64,000 nucleotides of DNA from NCBI GenBank assembly GCA_964016885.1, contig OZ024743.1, positions 285,200,001-285,264,000 of the forward strand, given 5' to 3'. Within the stretch, counting starts at the first letter, position 1. Each line of letters opens with the position of its first letter. The notes beneath the pieces were generated by a model. That model was not told the DNA's origin, made no database searches, and saw only the letters and a list, made by a program, of their open reading frames with translations. Position numbers and translations under genes: made by a program. Below, one piece after another: positions 1 through 12,120 of the stretch. The DNA comes from Eledone cirrhosa. Lineage: Eukaryota.

Positions 1-207
1 TCTCTTTTTCTCCTTTTTCGTTTTAACATATATTTATTTCAAAGATTTCACCGTATAGATAACATATATATTTATACATGCATAAAAGACACACCGAGAG
101 ACGGTGAACATGTGGTGCCGAAAACATTTCTCATCCAAATCTCAACAATATCAGTATATACACTAGATTTGCTAGCAGAAAACCACCCGTGGGCGGTTTT
201 CTGCTAG

Positions 208-1216
208 TCTATCTATATAAAACAGAGGATGTCTGTCTGTGTGTGTGTGTGAGTTTGAATCCCTAAAACTAGAGAACCACTCAACCGACTGTTTTCAAAC
301 TTTACACATGTAATACTTATGTTTCAGGGAGTGTTCTGAGCAAAAAATTAAAATTAAAATTTAAAATTTTCAATGCCCTATGGACCGCATTAGGCGATTT
401 AGCGATCTCTCTATATAATTCTTAGTCTTTCTTTTTTTTAGATAGATACATACATATACCTTTTTTTACGTTTGGCACAAGGCCAGCAATAACCCAGTGC
501 ATTACTGGTACTTTATACATACATATAACGTCGCGCCCTTATAATATCTGTCTGTATGTCTGCCTGTCTGCATTACGTCACTTCCCTGAGGATGTCTGTC
601 TGTGTGTGTGTGTGTCTGTCTGTCTGTGAGTTTGAATCCCTAAACCTTGAGAAGTACCCAACCGATTTTTTTCAACCTTTACATGTGTATTACTTATGTT
701 TCAGGGAGGGAGTGTTATGCACATAAAAAAATTCAACTTTTTGATCCCTTAGGGCATTAGATGAAAAATTGCGTTTTTTAAGCTTTTTAGGGGGGGGGGG
801 TTAGGCGTTACGTCAGACCGATTTCCTTGAAATTATAACTATGTATTAGTCAGTCTCTTCTTCATACCGCGAGCAAAAAAAATCCAACTTTTTTATGGCC
901 TAAGGTGAAAAACTTCCTTTTTTCAGCTTTTTAGGGCTTTTTGTAGGCGTTACGTCTAGCCGATTTCCCCGAAATTTCAAGGCATATTATGCACATTAAA
1001 AAAATTTATTTTCTTGATCCCCTAGGGCCCGTATTAGGTGAAAACCTGCATTTTTCCTGCTTCATCGAGGAAATCTTAAAGATTATCCAGCCATCAGAGT
1101 ATTCAGTTTATTTTCTTTACATTTTGTCCATGCATGCAGTTTTTCCAAGATTAGGTCTGTTGGCGGCCCACGTTCCAAAATACCTTATCCCCTGCAACGC
1201 CGGGTACCACTGCTAG
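208..1216 (+). mobile_element. Non-autonomous Helitron-like element
   Basis: Starts TCTATCTATATAAAA, followed by (TG)n and an internal duplication (226-330 vs 588-705). Ends with a GC hairpin CCCTGCAACGCCGGG about 10 nt before CTAG|T at 1213-1216. Confidence 0.6.
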
Positions 1217-2184
1217 TATACAATACAAATATAAATACAAATACAAATATATATACAAATATAAAAGATTAAACAAAACGACCATCAATTCACCACCAAG
1301 TACGACAATCGGCGTCACATCATGAGGGTCAACAGAACACTTTGATGCAAGCCAACACGCTTGCAACATTACCACGGGTGATGCCAAGGCTAAGGCATTG
1401 AAATAACCAGGCACCCTGGCGGGTATCACCTGACACCTCAGAAAGTCGAGCCGCCAGCGATGATAAGAACCATGTTGGCCTGTAAGGTCGAGGGACCTAT
1501 CACAGCGACATCTCAGACCTCCACAAACCTCGACTCCCACTCGAAGTGCAATGGTGATGCGGAGCTCATCCTAACTGAGAAGACCACCAATGTTGGCCAC
1601 AGGCTGAGCACCAATTCAGTCCTCCGAGAACTTAGCGCTTATACCTAGAAAATTGATCGGAATGATTAAAGAGAGAATTAAAAGTTTCTCTCGAATATAG
1701 ATTGTCCCATACTTTCTGCTTCCGTCTATTTTCATCAGTAACGGGAATTGACAAACCCAATTCTTTCCACTGTAGTAAAGTTTCATCCAAGAACGACAAC
1801 AAAATGATTTCGGTTTCCTATTTTATTGAATTCTGTATGTTCTCAAGAAAACATATTGTCGGATTTTAAATTATTATCTCTTCCTCTCCATATATAAAGT
1901 AAACAAACAACAGCATATAAAGTGTCATGTTTTCTTTCTTATTTATCCGGTGTAGTGCGTATATTGTACCACACTTATGGATATACATGAGTGATGCATA
2001 ACGAACACAGCGAATAACTAAATGCAAACGATAGAAGAGAAATCTAACCTATTCCCTTCATTAATAAAAAGTAAAGTTTCTAAAACTGGGGATAGGAACA
2101 AAATCCCCACCGGAAAAAATTCCCACTCCTACCGGACAAAACTTCCATAGGTTATAGTAAGAAATAAAACAGTAAAAGATAAAA

Positions 2185-2432
2185 CAAAATATGGCACTAC
2201 AACGCTATTAGCTGTCAGTCGAAGCAGCCAATGAAAGCAAAACATCGTTTATTTCCGTATTACTACCACGCGTAAGTGGAGTTACTTAAATGATTTTTTT
2301 TTTTCACGCGTTTTTGTTTTGTTTTTTTATTAAAGCATATAGATGTAAGTGGAGTTACTTAAATGAAAATATAGGTGGCCCTTAAAAGGGCCAAATTAGA
2401 ATATACCGCTGCGTTTTTACAGTTTTACTAGT
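2185..2432 (+). repeat. Dispersed repeat fragment, possible Helitron 3' end
   Basis: Ends ...TTTTACTAGT. Homologous inverted pieces lie at 28910-29300 (ACAACGCTATTAGCTGTCA, GTAAGTGGAGTTACTTAAATGA). Confidence 0.4.
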
Positions 2433-3784
2433 TACACACACACACACACATATATATATACACACACGGTGTCCCCTCCAAAATATATACACACTTTGAT
2501 TACTTTGCTGTTGAAGTGTGTATACATTTTTTGGGACACTGTGTTTGTATATATATATATATATTTAATTTTAACACTTCTGTTGAGAACTCTATTCGAT
2601 TTGTGATGTTTTTGAATTCTTGCAAAAATATACACAACTGAATTCATTCGCTTGATATAGGGGTTGCCTCCCTTGCCGATCCCCACGTGGGGTCAGCAAT
2701 AGTCAGTTCTTGTATTAACATTGAACAAAAACCTGTTGAGAAAGTGGCTTCCTTGTTCAATCATCTTACCAGAAGCCTGACATTATTTATGTAAGCGGAC
2801 GGTACTTGATTTAGGATCCGCAGAAACCCATATACTGGATTTTACCAACCTTCCAGGGGTCCGGGTAAATTTTCAATACCCGAATTACTTGATCGTTGTT
2901 TTTTTTGGCTATGTGAATGATTGTTTAACCATCGTCTCAGTGTGTTTGGCCTTTAACGTTTGTTATAGCTCTGGTTCATCTGAATCATTGAGCACTTGCC
3001 GCACATCTCGGAGGTTGTTTTTCGTTATTTCGTGGGCCGAAATGCGAATCTCGATAATTTATGTTTATATATATATATATTGGGGAAAGGGAGAAATTTT
3101 TGGATGCTATACCTGACATAATAAAAAACCAAAATACACCCCTAACATTTGTCGGAATATCAATCACGAGAGTAGATAAATAAATATATAAATACATAAA
3201 TAAGAAATGATAGAAAAGGAAAGGAAAATCCCTACATTATGTAATATTCCCAGTCACCCCTAAATTTTCCCTAAATTTCAAAACCGGGAGGAAAAAGTCC
3301 GAGGGTTAAAATCCCAAATGATGGTACCTCAAATACTAGTGTATCCCTTCGCATTACAGTTTAAAGCAATACATATGACCGCTTTGATGACTCTTATTCG
3401 TTTCTAAGGGTCTCGTTTTTTTCTCTTCTTTCTATCATATATATATATATATATGTCAAAATCTTTCCCTCTGTCTATCTCTTTCCCTCTCTGTCTATCT
3501 TTTGCCATAAAAACGATAATGATAATCAATTCAATTAAGAAATATATATATATATATATATATTATTAGTATTATTATTAAAATTAAATACCATTTATTC
3601 TGCGGCAGAGAGCTTCATCTTCTCCATCATTCGCTCCTCCAGAATCGTAGTACTCGTCGTTATTGTATGTGTGTGTTTCTGCGTATATATATATATATGT
3701 GTGTGGTGTGTATGTGTTTGTGTGTATATGTATATATGTTTGCAATCGCCACTCTCGCCCTTCGTGAGGAGAATGCTGTGTACG

Positions 3785-3851
<67 letters not shown>

Positions 3852-4806
3852 ATGTATGTGTGTGCTTGGAATATTTACCAATGGTTGGTATATCGATGAA
3901 CCTCTGATAGGCTTATACAGAATTAATGGATCTCGTATCGGTTCCTTTCGTTCGATCACCAAGAACTACCCACACATTTGAATTTATAATGTAAATGGTT
4001 AAATGTTTCACAAACACTTGTACTCCCTTACTTTAACATACCCCTCCCCCATATACACATACTATGTGGGCACTCAGTTTGCTAGAAATAACAGCCAATT
4101 CTTTCCACCCCCTTTAAAAAAATATTAAGAAAGAACACGATGTCCGATAATGTACTTATTAGATACACCTAAAACGACGGGATGGTCGTGGCTGGAATAC
4201 CGTTGATCATAATGGAATTCTGTGGTTTAGTCAAGGTTGACCTAGGGCTAAACAAACTTTGCCCCTCAGGTGAAGGGGCCTTACTATCATGGGACGGGAA
4301 TATTGTGATGGGACCCGACTCTTCCCCGCCCCCTCGGTCTAGCCCCGCAGGTACAGTCGAGTCCGCTTAAGAGTATACCCTCGGGAATGGAAAATAGTAT
4401 ACTCTTAACCGAACTACATTCTTAACCGGACTAAGTAAAAATATTCCATAGTATTATTATTTTGAGTCTTTCAATGATTAATAATCGCATTATTATCGTT
4501 TAAAATGCAAGTCAACAAAACTCTCTTGCAACATTGTAGAGTGAATGTAAAATTTTATAAGCTTCAGCTTTGAGAAACTAGTCTCACCATTTTCCATCGA
4601 TACTGGAAGTGTGAAAAGAATGCTCAATGCAATAGCATCATTTGAGTGATATAAAAAATTTTCCCGATTTTAGAATTATTCCAGTTTATCATTTTTTGGA
4701 ACTTACAAGGAAAAAATACGTATTTAGAGGTAATATCACGTGAACACAATTACGTGACAAATCACATTCTTTCAAAGGGAAAAGTTTGGCGCCAAAATTC
4801 TCAGTG

Positions 4807-5591
4807 TTGCCTTATACACGCTGAGGAACCGGAGTTATTCCATTTCTGTCAACAACTTACTGGCGGATCAGATCTCTTTGGATTTGTACGTGTGTTATAT
4901 AGTTATAGAGGTATTTATTTACGCTTTAATTTATATTTTTAATTATCGTGTCTATAGTCTGCCTTTCATATGTTATAGATTTCCATACACTGGTGTTTTT
5001 TTCCCTGTTTTATTTATAGCGCACTGTATATCTCTCTCTAGTGTGTTACCTTTTCAACATATTGTATTTTAAAGAGCTCAGGATTTCTTCTCCTTTGAGC
5101 ACATTATTTACAGGGAATGGCGAGGGTCTATGGCTCCGTTAATTTATCGTGATATTTCGCTCCTTATAACAGTCTTTCCTATCCCTCTGTTTGGTTGAGC
5201 ACACTTCTCTGAGTGGTTTTGGGCTGCCCTTTCTAGCAGCTCGTCCTTCAGAGGCCACTGGTTCACTGCCCTTAAACACGCTGTGACTTCTCTCTCCCAC
5301 GTGTAGCTGGACAGTCACTTTTAAAATTCTCTTAGGGTTGCCTTATACACGCTGAGGAACCCGAGTTATTCCATTTATGTCAACAACTTACTGGCGAAAC
5401 AGATCTCTTTGGATTTGTACGTGTGTTATATAGTTATAGAGGTATTTATTTACGCTTTAATTTATATTTTTAATTATCGTGTCTATAGTCTGCCTTTCAT
5501 AGGTTATAGATTCCATACACCGGTGGTTTTTTCCGTTTTATTGATAGCGCACTGTATATCTCTCTCTAGTGTGTTACCTTTTCAACATATA
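4807..5591 (+). repeat. Direct repeat (4807-5061 and 5338-5591, period 531) with hammerhead motifs; Penelope pLTR or retrozyme-like
   Basis: Two near-identical ~255 nt copies, each starting with a TACACG-CTGAGGA...GAAAC/GGATC...GTA-CGTGTG motif. Confidence 0.7.
5346..5425 (+). ncRNA. Type I hammerhead ribozyme motif
   Basis: Stem I TACACG/CGTGTG, core CTGAGGA (5352-5358), long imperfect stem II, GAAA (5396-5399), stem III CAGATC/GATTTG, cleavage triplet GUA (5417-5419). Confidence 0.65.
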
Positions 5592-5593
5592 TA

Positions 5594-8335
5594 TCATCAT
5601 CATCATCATCATCATCATCAACGTTTAACGTCCGTGTTCCACGCTTGCATGGGTTTGGACGGGGGTAGTCCCACTTGAGGCAAGAGTGATTGTCTTGCTC
5701 GCATAGGACTGTCTGGCAGGTTTTCTACAGTTGGATGCCCTTCCTAACACCAACCACATTTACAGTGTGGGTCTGGGAGGTTTTTACCGTGTTGCCTACA
5801 CGGCCACATTACAGCGTGGACTGTGTGTTTTTTTGTCGTGACACCTACACGATCTCATTTGTTTCGGCCTCGAAGGCGCGGCACCAACATAACTTTACAT
5901 AGAACGGGGTGGTGTGGATCGGGTGGGGGTGGGGGTGGTGGGACGGGGTGTATTTTGTTAGAGATGCCTACTGGCTGGAGTAGGTTTTACTATATATTTA
6001 GGTAAGGCGGGTCTTCTCTGTTACTGAGTACCGCCAAAGGTCTCGGTCCAGTGACATTGTCTTGGAGAGGTGTAAGTGTGTGATGTCGGAGTTTATCAGC
6101 TCGTCCCAGGTTTTTCTAGGTCTGCCTATTCCGTGACTACCGTCTATCTTTATTGCCCTGCACTTTGTTATACAGCTATCGACTTTCATGCGCATCACGT
6201 GTCCATACCAACGTAGCCTTCTCTCGAGTAAACAACATCTGATCCCTCTTATCTCTAATTTTTTCCTTAGTTCGTTTATGCTTTGCCGTTCACGTATATT
6301 ACTGTTACACATCCAGCGGAGCATGCAAGCTTCGTTCCTCTCTAGTCTGCGTATATCCTCTGCACACAATGCCCAGGTCTCACTGCCATGCAGCATTGCT
6401 GTTCGTATGCAGGCATCGTACAACCTGCCTTTCATTTTTAGTGAGAACCCTTTAGCAGCTAATAGTGGTATAAGCTCTCTGAACTTTTTCCAACCAGTTC
6501 TGACTCTAGCTACAGTACTTTCAGAGCACCCTCCCCCACTGCTGATTTTATCGCCCAGGTAACGGAAGCTGTCCACTATTTCTATAGAACCCTCTGCGCA
6601 ATTGAAAGAGCTAGTAGTTTGTGGGCACTTGCTGCTACTTATTGCACCAGAGCACCGGCCACATGTAAAATCTATGTTCTTAGTTAGCTTACCTGTGATC
6701 CCACTACATCTTTTATGCACCCATACTTTGCATTTAGGACATAAAATGGAGTTTCTACCTACGCCTTTCCTACACACCGAGCACGACCATTTCCCAGAAG
6801 GGACCGCCGCCTTGTTTTCTTTCCTACAAACTAGTACTTTGGTCTTGGCCAGGTTAATTTTAAGTCCTTTTGACTCTAGGCCGTGCTTCCATGTTTGGAA
6901 TTTCTTCTCTAGCTCGGCCATTGATTCCGCTATGAGTGTCAGGTCGTCTGCGTATAGGAGTTCCCATGGGCAGCCGGTTTTGAACTCCTCTGTTATAGCC
7001 TGAAGGGCAATAATAAATAGTAGTGGACTGAGAACAGAGCCCTGATGGACGCCAACTTTTACGCTAAACTCTTCACTATATTCGTTGTTAATTCTAACCT
7101 TGCTGACTGTTTCTTTATACATGGCTTGTATAGCCCTCACAAGCCATTCGTCAACGCCTAGTTTTCTAAGAGCCCACCAGATAATGGAGCGGGGGACTCT
7201 GTCGAAGGCTTTCTCCAAGTCGACAAAAGCTAAGTAGAGGGGTTTACCTTTAGCTAGGTACTTCTCCTGTAGTTGTCGTACTATGAAAAGAGCGTCTGTG
7301 GTACTTTTGCCTGACACAAACCCGAACTGCATTTCATCTAGGTCAATTCTCTCTCTGATTAGTTGCGCTATTACTCTTTCCGTGACCTTCATGACCTGGT
7401 CGATTAATTTAATGCCTCTATAGTTACTCCTATCTAGGGCGTCTCCTTTACCCTTATAACAGTTAACGATGATGCTGCTATGCCAGTCCTTCGGAACAAC
7501 CCCATTCTGTACGACTTGGTTAACTATGCGGGTGACCATGGTGTGTCCCACCGTGCCAGATGCCTTCAGCATCTCAGCAACTATTTCCGAAGGCCCAGCC
7601 GCCTTACCAGTCTTCATATCCTTGATTGCCTTACTTATTATACTCCCCTCGACTAACACTGCTGGTCCCTCTATTGGGTCGATATGGGGGAGACTGCCTT
7701 TCTCCCAATTATTCTCCTCATTTAGAAGCCTTTCATAGTGACACTTCCAAGCTACCTTCTTGTCAGCGTCGGTGATGGCAAGTGTGCCATCGTCGTTTAG
7801 TACACACTTCTCCCCGACAATATCACGGTTTTCCTTGACGCATTGCCTAGCAATCCTGAACACCTCACGTTTTTGGTCATCGCGTTGTAGAACATGCTTG
7901 AACTTTCTTTCCTCAGCTTCCCTTCTTGCTAAGTACACTTGTCTCCTAGCTTCCCTCCTGGCCACTTGATAGTCCTCTCTACTTCCCCCATCCCGCCATA
8001 CTTTCCAAGCCTGCTTTTTGGCCTTAATTGACCCCTCCACCTTACTGTTCCACCACCATGTTACTCTCCTCCTGCCTACAGGCCTGCTCCAGCCACAGAC
8101 CTCGTCTGTCGCCAACAGCAGGTTTGCTTTCAGAAATTCCCACTCTCCCTCTATATTGTCCGACTCTAAATGTTCTTCCTTACTGTCGAAAGCATCAAGT
8201 AATATGCTTTGAAATTTATTCCTGGCTGTGGGGTCCTTTAGCTTCCATATTTTCCTCCTGAGGATAGTCCTCTTCTGTTGTCGAGTACGTCTCGTCCTGA
8301 CTATGAGGTCGCTAATTATCAGTCTATGTTGGGAG
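5594..8335 (-). mobile_element. 5'-truncated RTE-clade LINE with intact RT region, 3'UTR and (TGA)n tail
   Basis: The ORF contains FVDLEKAFDRV, GVHQGSVLSPLLF, LLYADD and RRLRWYGHV..GRPRKTW. The (CAT)n tail is at 5594-5620. Confidence 0.95.
5998..8335 (-). CDS. RTE ORF2 fragment: end of APE domain, RT and PHD-like Cys/His insert
   Basis: Open from SQHRLIISD (APE C-terminus) to the stop at 5998. The N-terminal ~108 aa of the ORF-track entry is microsatellite read-through. Confidence 0.85.
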
Positions 8336-8407
<72 letters not shown>

Positions 8408-8995
8408 ATATATATAATAATAAAGAAGAAAGACGGTATCACTTGTTCATCCCTATTTATTATACTTATTTCGAAGACATATGTCATTTGTATAATATCT
8501 GCCCTACGCGTTTTCTTCCGACAAAAATCCATGCAAGATGTAAATATCCGTTGATATGAGATATTCGTTGATATCCGTTGATATGAGAACACGTGTGCCA
8601 AAGTAGAAACAATTATTATAATAAAACTCCGGATAAACATAAACTGTTGAGTGTTTGTCATCTCTTATCAAAGAGTCGGCAGATTTTCAATCAACCAACT
8701 TTCCTTAGTTGAATAAATATATGTATATATATACGTATATTTTCTTTAATATTGCAACATTAAATGAATATATCCTTCTGAAAGAATCGCGAGCAATTTA
8801 TAATGTTATTTAAGCATTGGTAATGTTATTTGTGTATATATTTAAAACATATTTGCTATGTTATTCTACTGTAAATTTATTTATATGCTTTGTATATATT
8901 ATATATACACAAATAATGAATCTGTATATTAAAACATCGTTTGTATTATTCAATCAGTTTATTGAACAACTAGAATGCTCATCGTCAAGTACTTT

Positions 8996-9070
<75 letters not shown>

Positions 9071-9514
9071 CATGAATCTATATATATGTATGTATATCTG
9101 TGTGTGTATGTATATATATGTGTGTATGTATATGTGTGTGTATGCATATATGTGTGTGTATGCATGTGTGTGTATGTATATATGTATGTGTGTGTGTATG
9201 TATATATATGTGTATGTATATATATGAAGATAAATTAACGAAGCCATAGAGTCGCGTTATTCCCTGTAAATTATGTGCTCAAAGGGAAAGGAATCCTATA
9301 CATATTGTATATGTATATATATATGCATGTATATATATGTATATGTGTATATATATGCATGTATATGTGTATTTGTATATATGTATATGTGTGTATGTAT
9401 GTATATATATGAATGTATATATATATATATGTATGTGTATATATATAGATGTAATCTGAATTTTATAGATGTATTCTGAATAGTATAGTAGAATATTAAG
9501 TGTTAAATGTTAAT

Positions 9515-9553
9515 TGAACAAGTACTTTCATGCTTTCGCAATCTTCAGGTTCA
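9515..9553 (-). ncRNA. Minimal type I hammerhead (Penelope-type)
   Basis: Minus strand reads TGAAC-CTGAAGA-TTGC GAAA GCAT-GAAA-GTAC-TT-GTTCA, with a palindromic GTAC mini-stem III. Confidence 0.75.
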
Positions 9554-9847
9554 TATTCTGTGGTGACAGTCAAGTTTGCAATTTTCAACTGTAATGAGAT
9601 GGGTAAATAAATTTTGTGCCTTATATACAGTGAAAAGCGGCTACAGAATGCTAAATTTTGCAAACTGTATTTCGACCAATTGGTGTGTAGTTTCACTGGA
9701 TTACTGAAGCTGATTGGTTTAGGCGTCATGGTTGGTTGAGCATGTCTAACGACTTCTATTTGGCTCTATCCAAAGCATCAATTGTTTTGCTATTTTTAGA
9801 AATTATGTAAATAGCATTTTCTAGGGTTTTTATACCCCTAAGAATTA

Positions 9848-10138
9848 TTATTGTTCATTTAGCTTGGGTTGGAATTTATCAATAAAATTATTTTCTTTGA
9901 TTTTTCTTTTGATTTCACTTGGCTTGTGTAATTTGTAGAATGGAAATATTATAAATATTTTCTGACCACATTTTGCTAGATGGTTACTCGGGGGTATTTG
10001 ACGGATATTTGGGTCTCTGATTTGCTGTCGGTGCACCCGTGCACGTTCCGATAGTGCATTTCCAGTTTGACCGACATATAGTTCTTCACAGTTCGGGCAT
10101 TTAATGCAGTAAATTAGATTTCTGCTTTTGCGGTTCAT
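9848..10138 (-). pseudogene. Penelope GIY-YIG endonuclease C-terminal fragment
   Basis: NLIYCIKCPNCEELYVGQTG..LSER..VH..HLAKC..KE..FI..FQPKLN matches the PLE GIY-YIG/CCHH pattern. Confidence 0.9.
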
Positions 10139-10475
10139 ATTTGCAATTGGGAATATTTTTCAAAATTCCAACCCAAGCGAAATGAACAATAATAATTCTT
10201 AGGGGTATAAAAACGCTAGAAAATGCTATTTTCATCATTTCTAAAAATAGCAAAATTGATGCTTTGGGGCCAAATAGAAGTCGTTAGACATGCCCAACCA
10301 ACCGTGATGCCTAAACCAATCAGCTTCAGTAATCCAGTGAAACTACACACCGATTGGTCGAAATACAGTTTGCAAAATTTAGCATTCTGTAGCCGCTTTT
10401 CACTATATATAAGGCACAAAATTTACCCATCTCATTGCAGTTGAAAATTGTAAACTTGACTGTCACCACAGAATA

Positions 10476-10514
10476 TGAACCTGAAGATTGCGAAAGCATG
10501 AAATTACTTGTTCA
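10476..10514 (+). ncRNA. Minimal type I hammerhead, second pLTR copy
   Basis: TGAAC-CTGAAGA-TTGCGAAAGCAT-GAAA-TTAC-TT-GTTCA; the stem III palindrome is mutated from GTAC to TTAC. Confidence 0.65.
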
Positions 10515-10675
10515 ATTAACACTTAACACTTAATATTCTACCATACTATTTCATTCTAATACCATTGTGATTTTAAAGCATTGTAAATAAAACGAGTAAA
10601 TCAGACAAAGTTGGAATTCCTTTTATTAATATAATCTTCTATACACAATCATACACACCCGAGTATATTTATATA

Positions 10676-10726
<51 letters not shown>

Positions 10727-10884
10727 CTTTTAAGCTATTTTGTAGTATCTCTGTTCAGGAACACACCACTTATATTAAATTTATCTCCCTGGAGCTTTGT
10801 AAAAGTCTGAGAGATTGGCTACATATATGTTTTATATATATTTTTTTTGTTTAGATGGAAGACAAAACAAAGAAGATGAAGAAC

Positions 10885-11135
10885 CTCACTGCACCGCACT
10901 GCACAACACCGCACTGCACCACACCACATCGCAGTGCACCGCACCACATCACACCACACTTCACCACATAAAAACATACAACACTACACCACACTTCTCC
11001 ACACCACATAACACCACAACACAACACACCACTCCTCACTACAACACACCACACTACTCCACACCACAACACACCACACCTCACTACATCACACCACATA
11101 AGAACACACCACACTACTCCACACCACATAACACC
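10885..11135 (+). repeat. (CACCA)n-type pentamer microsatellite
   Basis: Degenerate ACACC/CACTA repeats. Similar tracts occur at 12125-12375, 13350-13565 and 17465-17635. Confidence 0.85.
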
Positions 11136-11139
11136 CAAA

Positions 11140-12120
11140 ATTTTTTCCTCATCTTTTTTCATGTGTTATCAACTAATCTGATCTCCAAGATGTTTGTTAT
11201 TGACTCTCTCTTCATAGAAAACTTAGGTGGATGCACTTCTCTCATTTAACCCCAGAGTTTTCTCTAAGATTTTTCGTATGTTATCAACGAATATGACTTC
11301 CAAACCAGTTGGAAATGATTAGTTGTTTTAGAAAAAGGGAGGGGTAAAGCAGGTGGAAAAACCATTGTCGTTTTTTAGATATATACCCTAATGATTTTCT
11401 TCGGTCTCCTTTTGAGTGCTATCAACTAATCTGACCTTTTAGTTGCTCTGAATCAATTTTTTTTCCTGGGATTCGGAAACTAAAACTAAATTAAACATAA
11501 AATTAAATCTAGCCCCAACCCTAAACTCTAAATCTAAACCAAACCAAGCTAAATCTAAATATAAACATTACCCCAACCCTTAAACTAAACCCTAAACTAT
11601 ACCCCAACCATAAAACTAAACCCTAAACATTACCCCAACCCTTAAACTAAACCCTAAACTTTACCCCAAACCTAAAACTAAACCCTAAACTTTACTCCAA
11701 ACCTAAAAATAAACCCTAAACTTTACCCCAAACCTAAAAATAAACCCTAAACATTACCCCAACCCTAAACCTAACCCAGGGAAATAAGTTGATTGGAAGC
11801 ATCTAGGTCAGATTAATTAATAGCACAGGAAATATACCGAAATTGATTAAGTCCCACAACATGTGAGTTGGGTGTAGATCTGCAAAACTATTCCCCTCTC
11901 CTCTTTCTCCAAAGCTAGTTGTTTTTGACTGGTTTGGAAGTCATATTCACTGATAACGCATGAAAATAGAATCAAAGAGAAAATTCCGAGTAAGCAGGGG
12001 TTATCCGGGTGAAGGGGGAACCACCTCACCCCGCCGTTTTCCTGGGGGGAAAAAGTCAGTTTCAAGCATCTTGGAGATTGGATTAGTTGATAGCACATGA
12101 AAAATAGGATGAAAAAATTT
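11140..12120. mobile_element. Fold-back element: imperfect ~330 nt inverted arms around a telomere-like array
   Basis: 11140-11470 is the reverse complement of 11776-12120 (e.g. ATCAACTAATCTGA/GATTAGTTGAT, ATATGACTTCCAAACCAGT/ACTGGTTTGGAAGTCATAT). The centre 11478-11776 consists of AACCCTAAA repeats. Confidence 0.75.

Larger units (their letters stand above)
9479..10550 (-). mobile_element. Penelope-like element remnant with inverted pseudo-LTR
   Basis: GIY-YIG ORF plus ~390 nt inverted arms (9479-9880 and 10164-10550), each carrying a minimal hammerhead. Confidence 0.9.

Noticed and set aside
8336-8661. N-terminal part of the 887-aa ORF
   Set aside because: It runs through (TA)n/(CA)n and unrelated flank; chance read-through upstream of a 5'-truncated LINE.
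8954-9479. Numerous YI/CV/HT-rich ORFs (also 3660-3981, 19882-20112, 63276-63604)
   Set aside because: Translations of dinucleotide microsatellites.
11478-11776. True telomere
   Set aside because: Degenerate, internal and enclosed by inverted arms.
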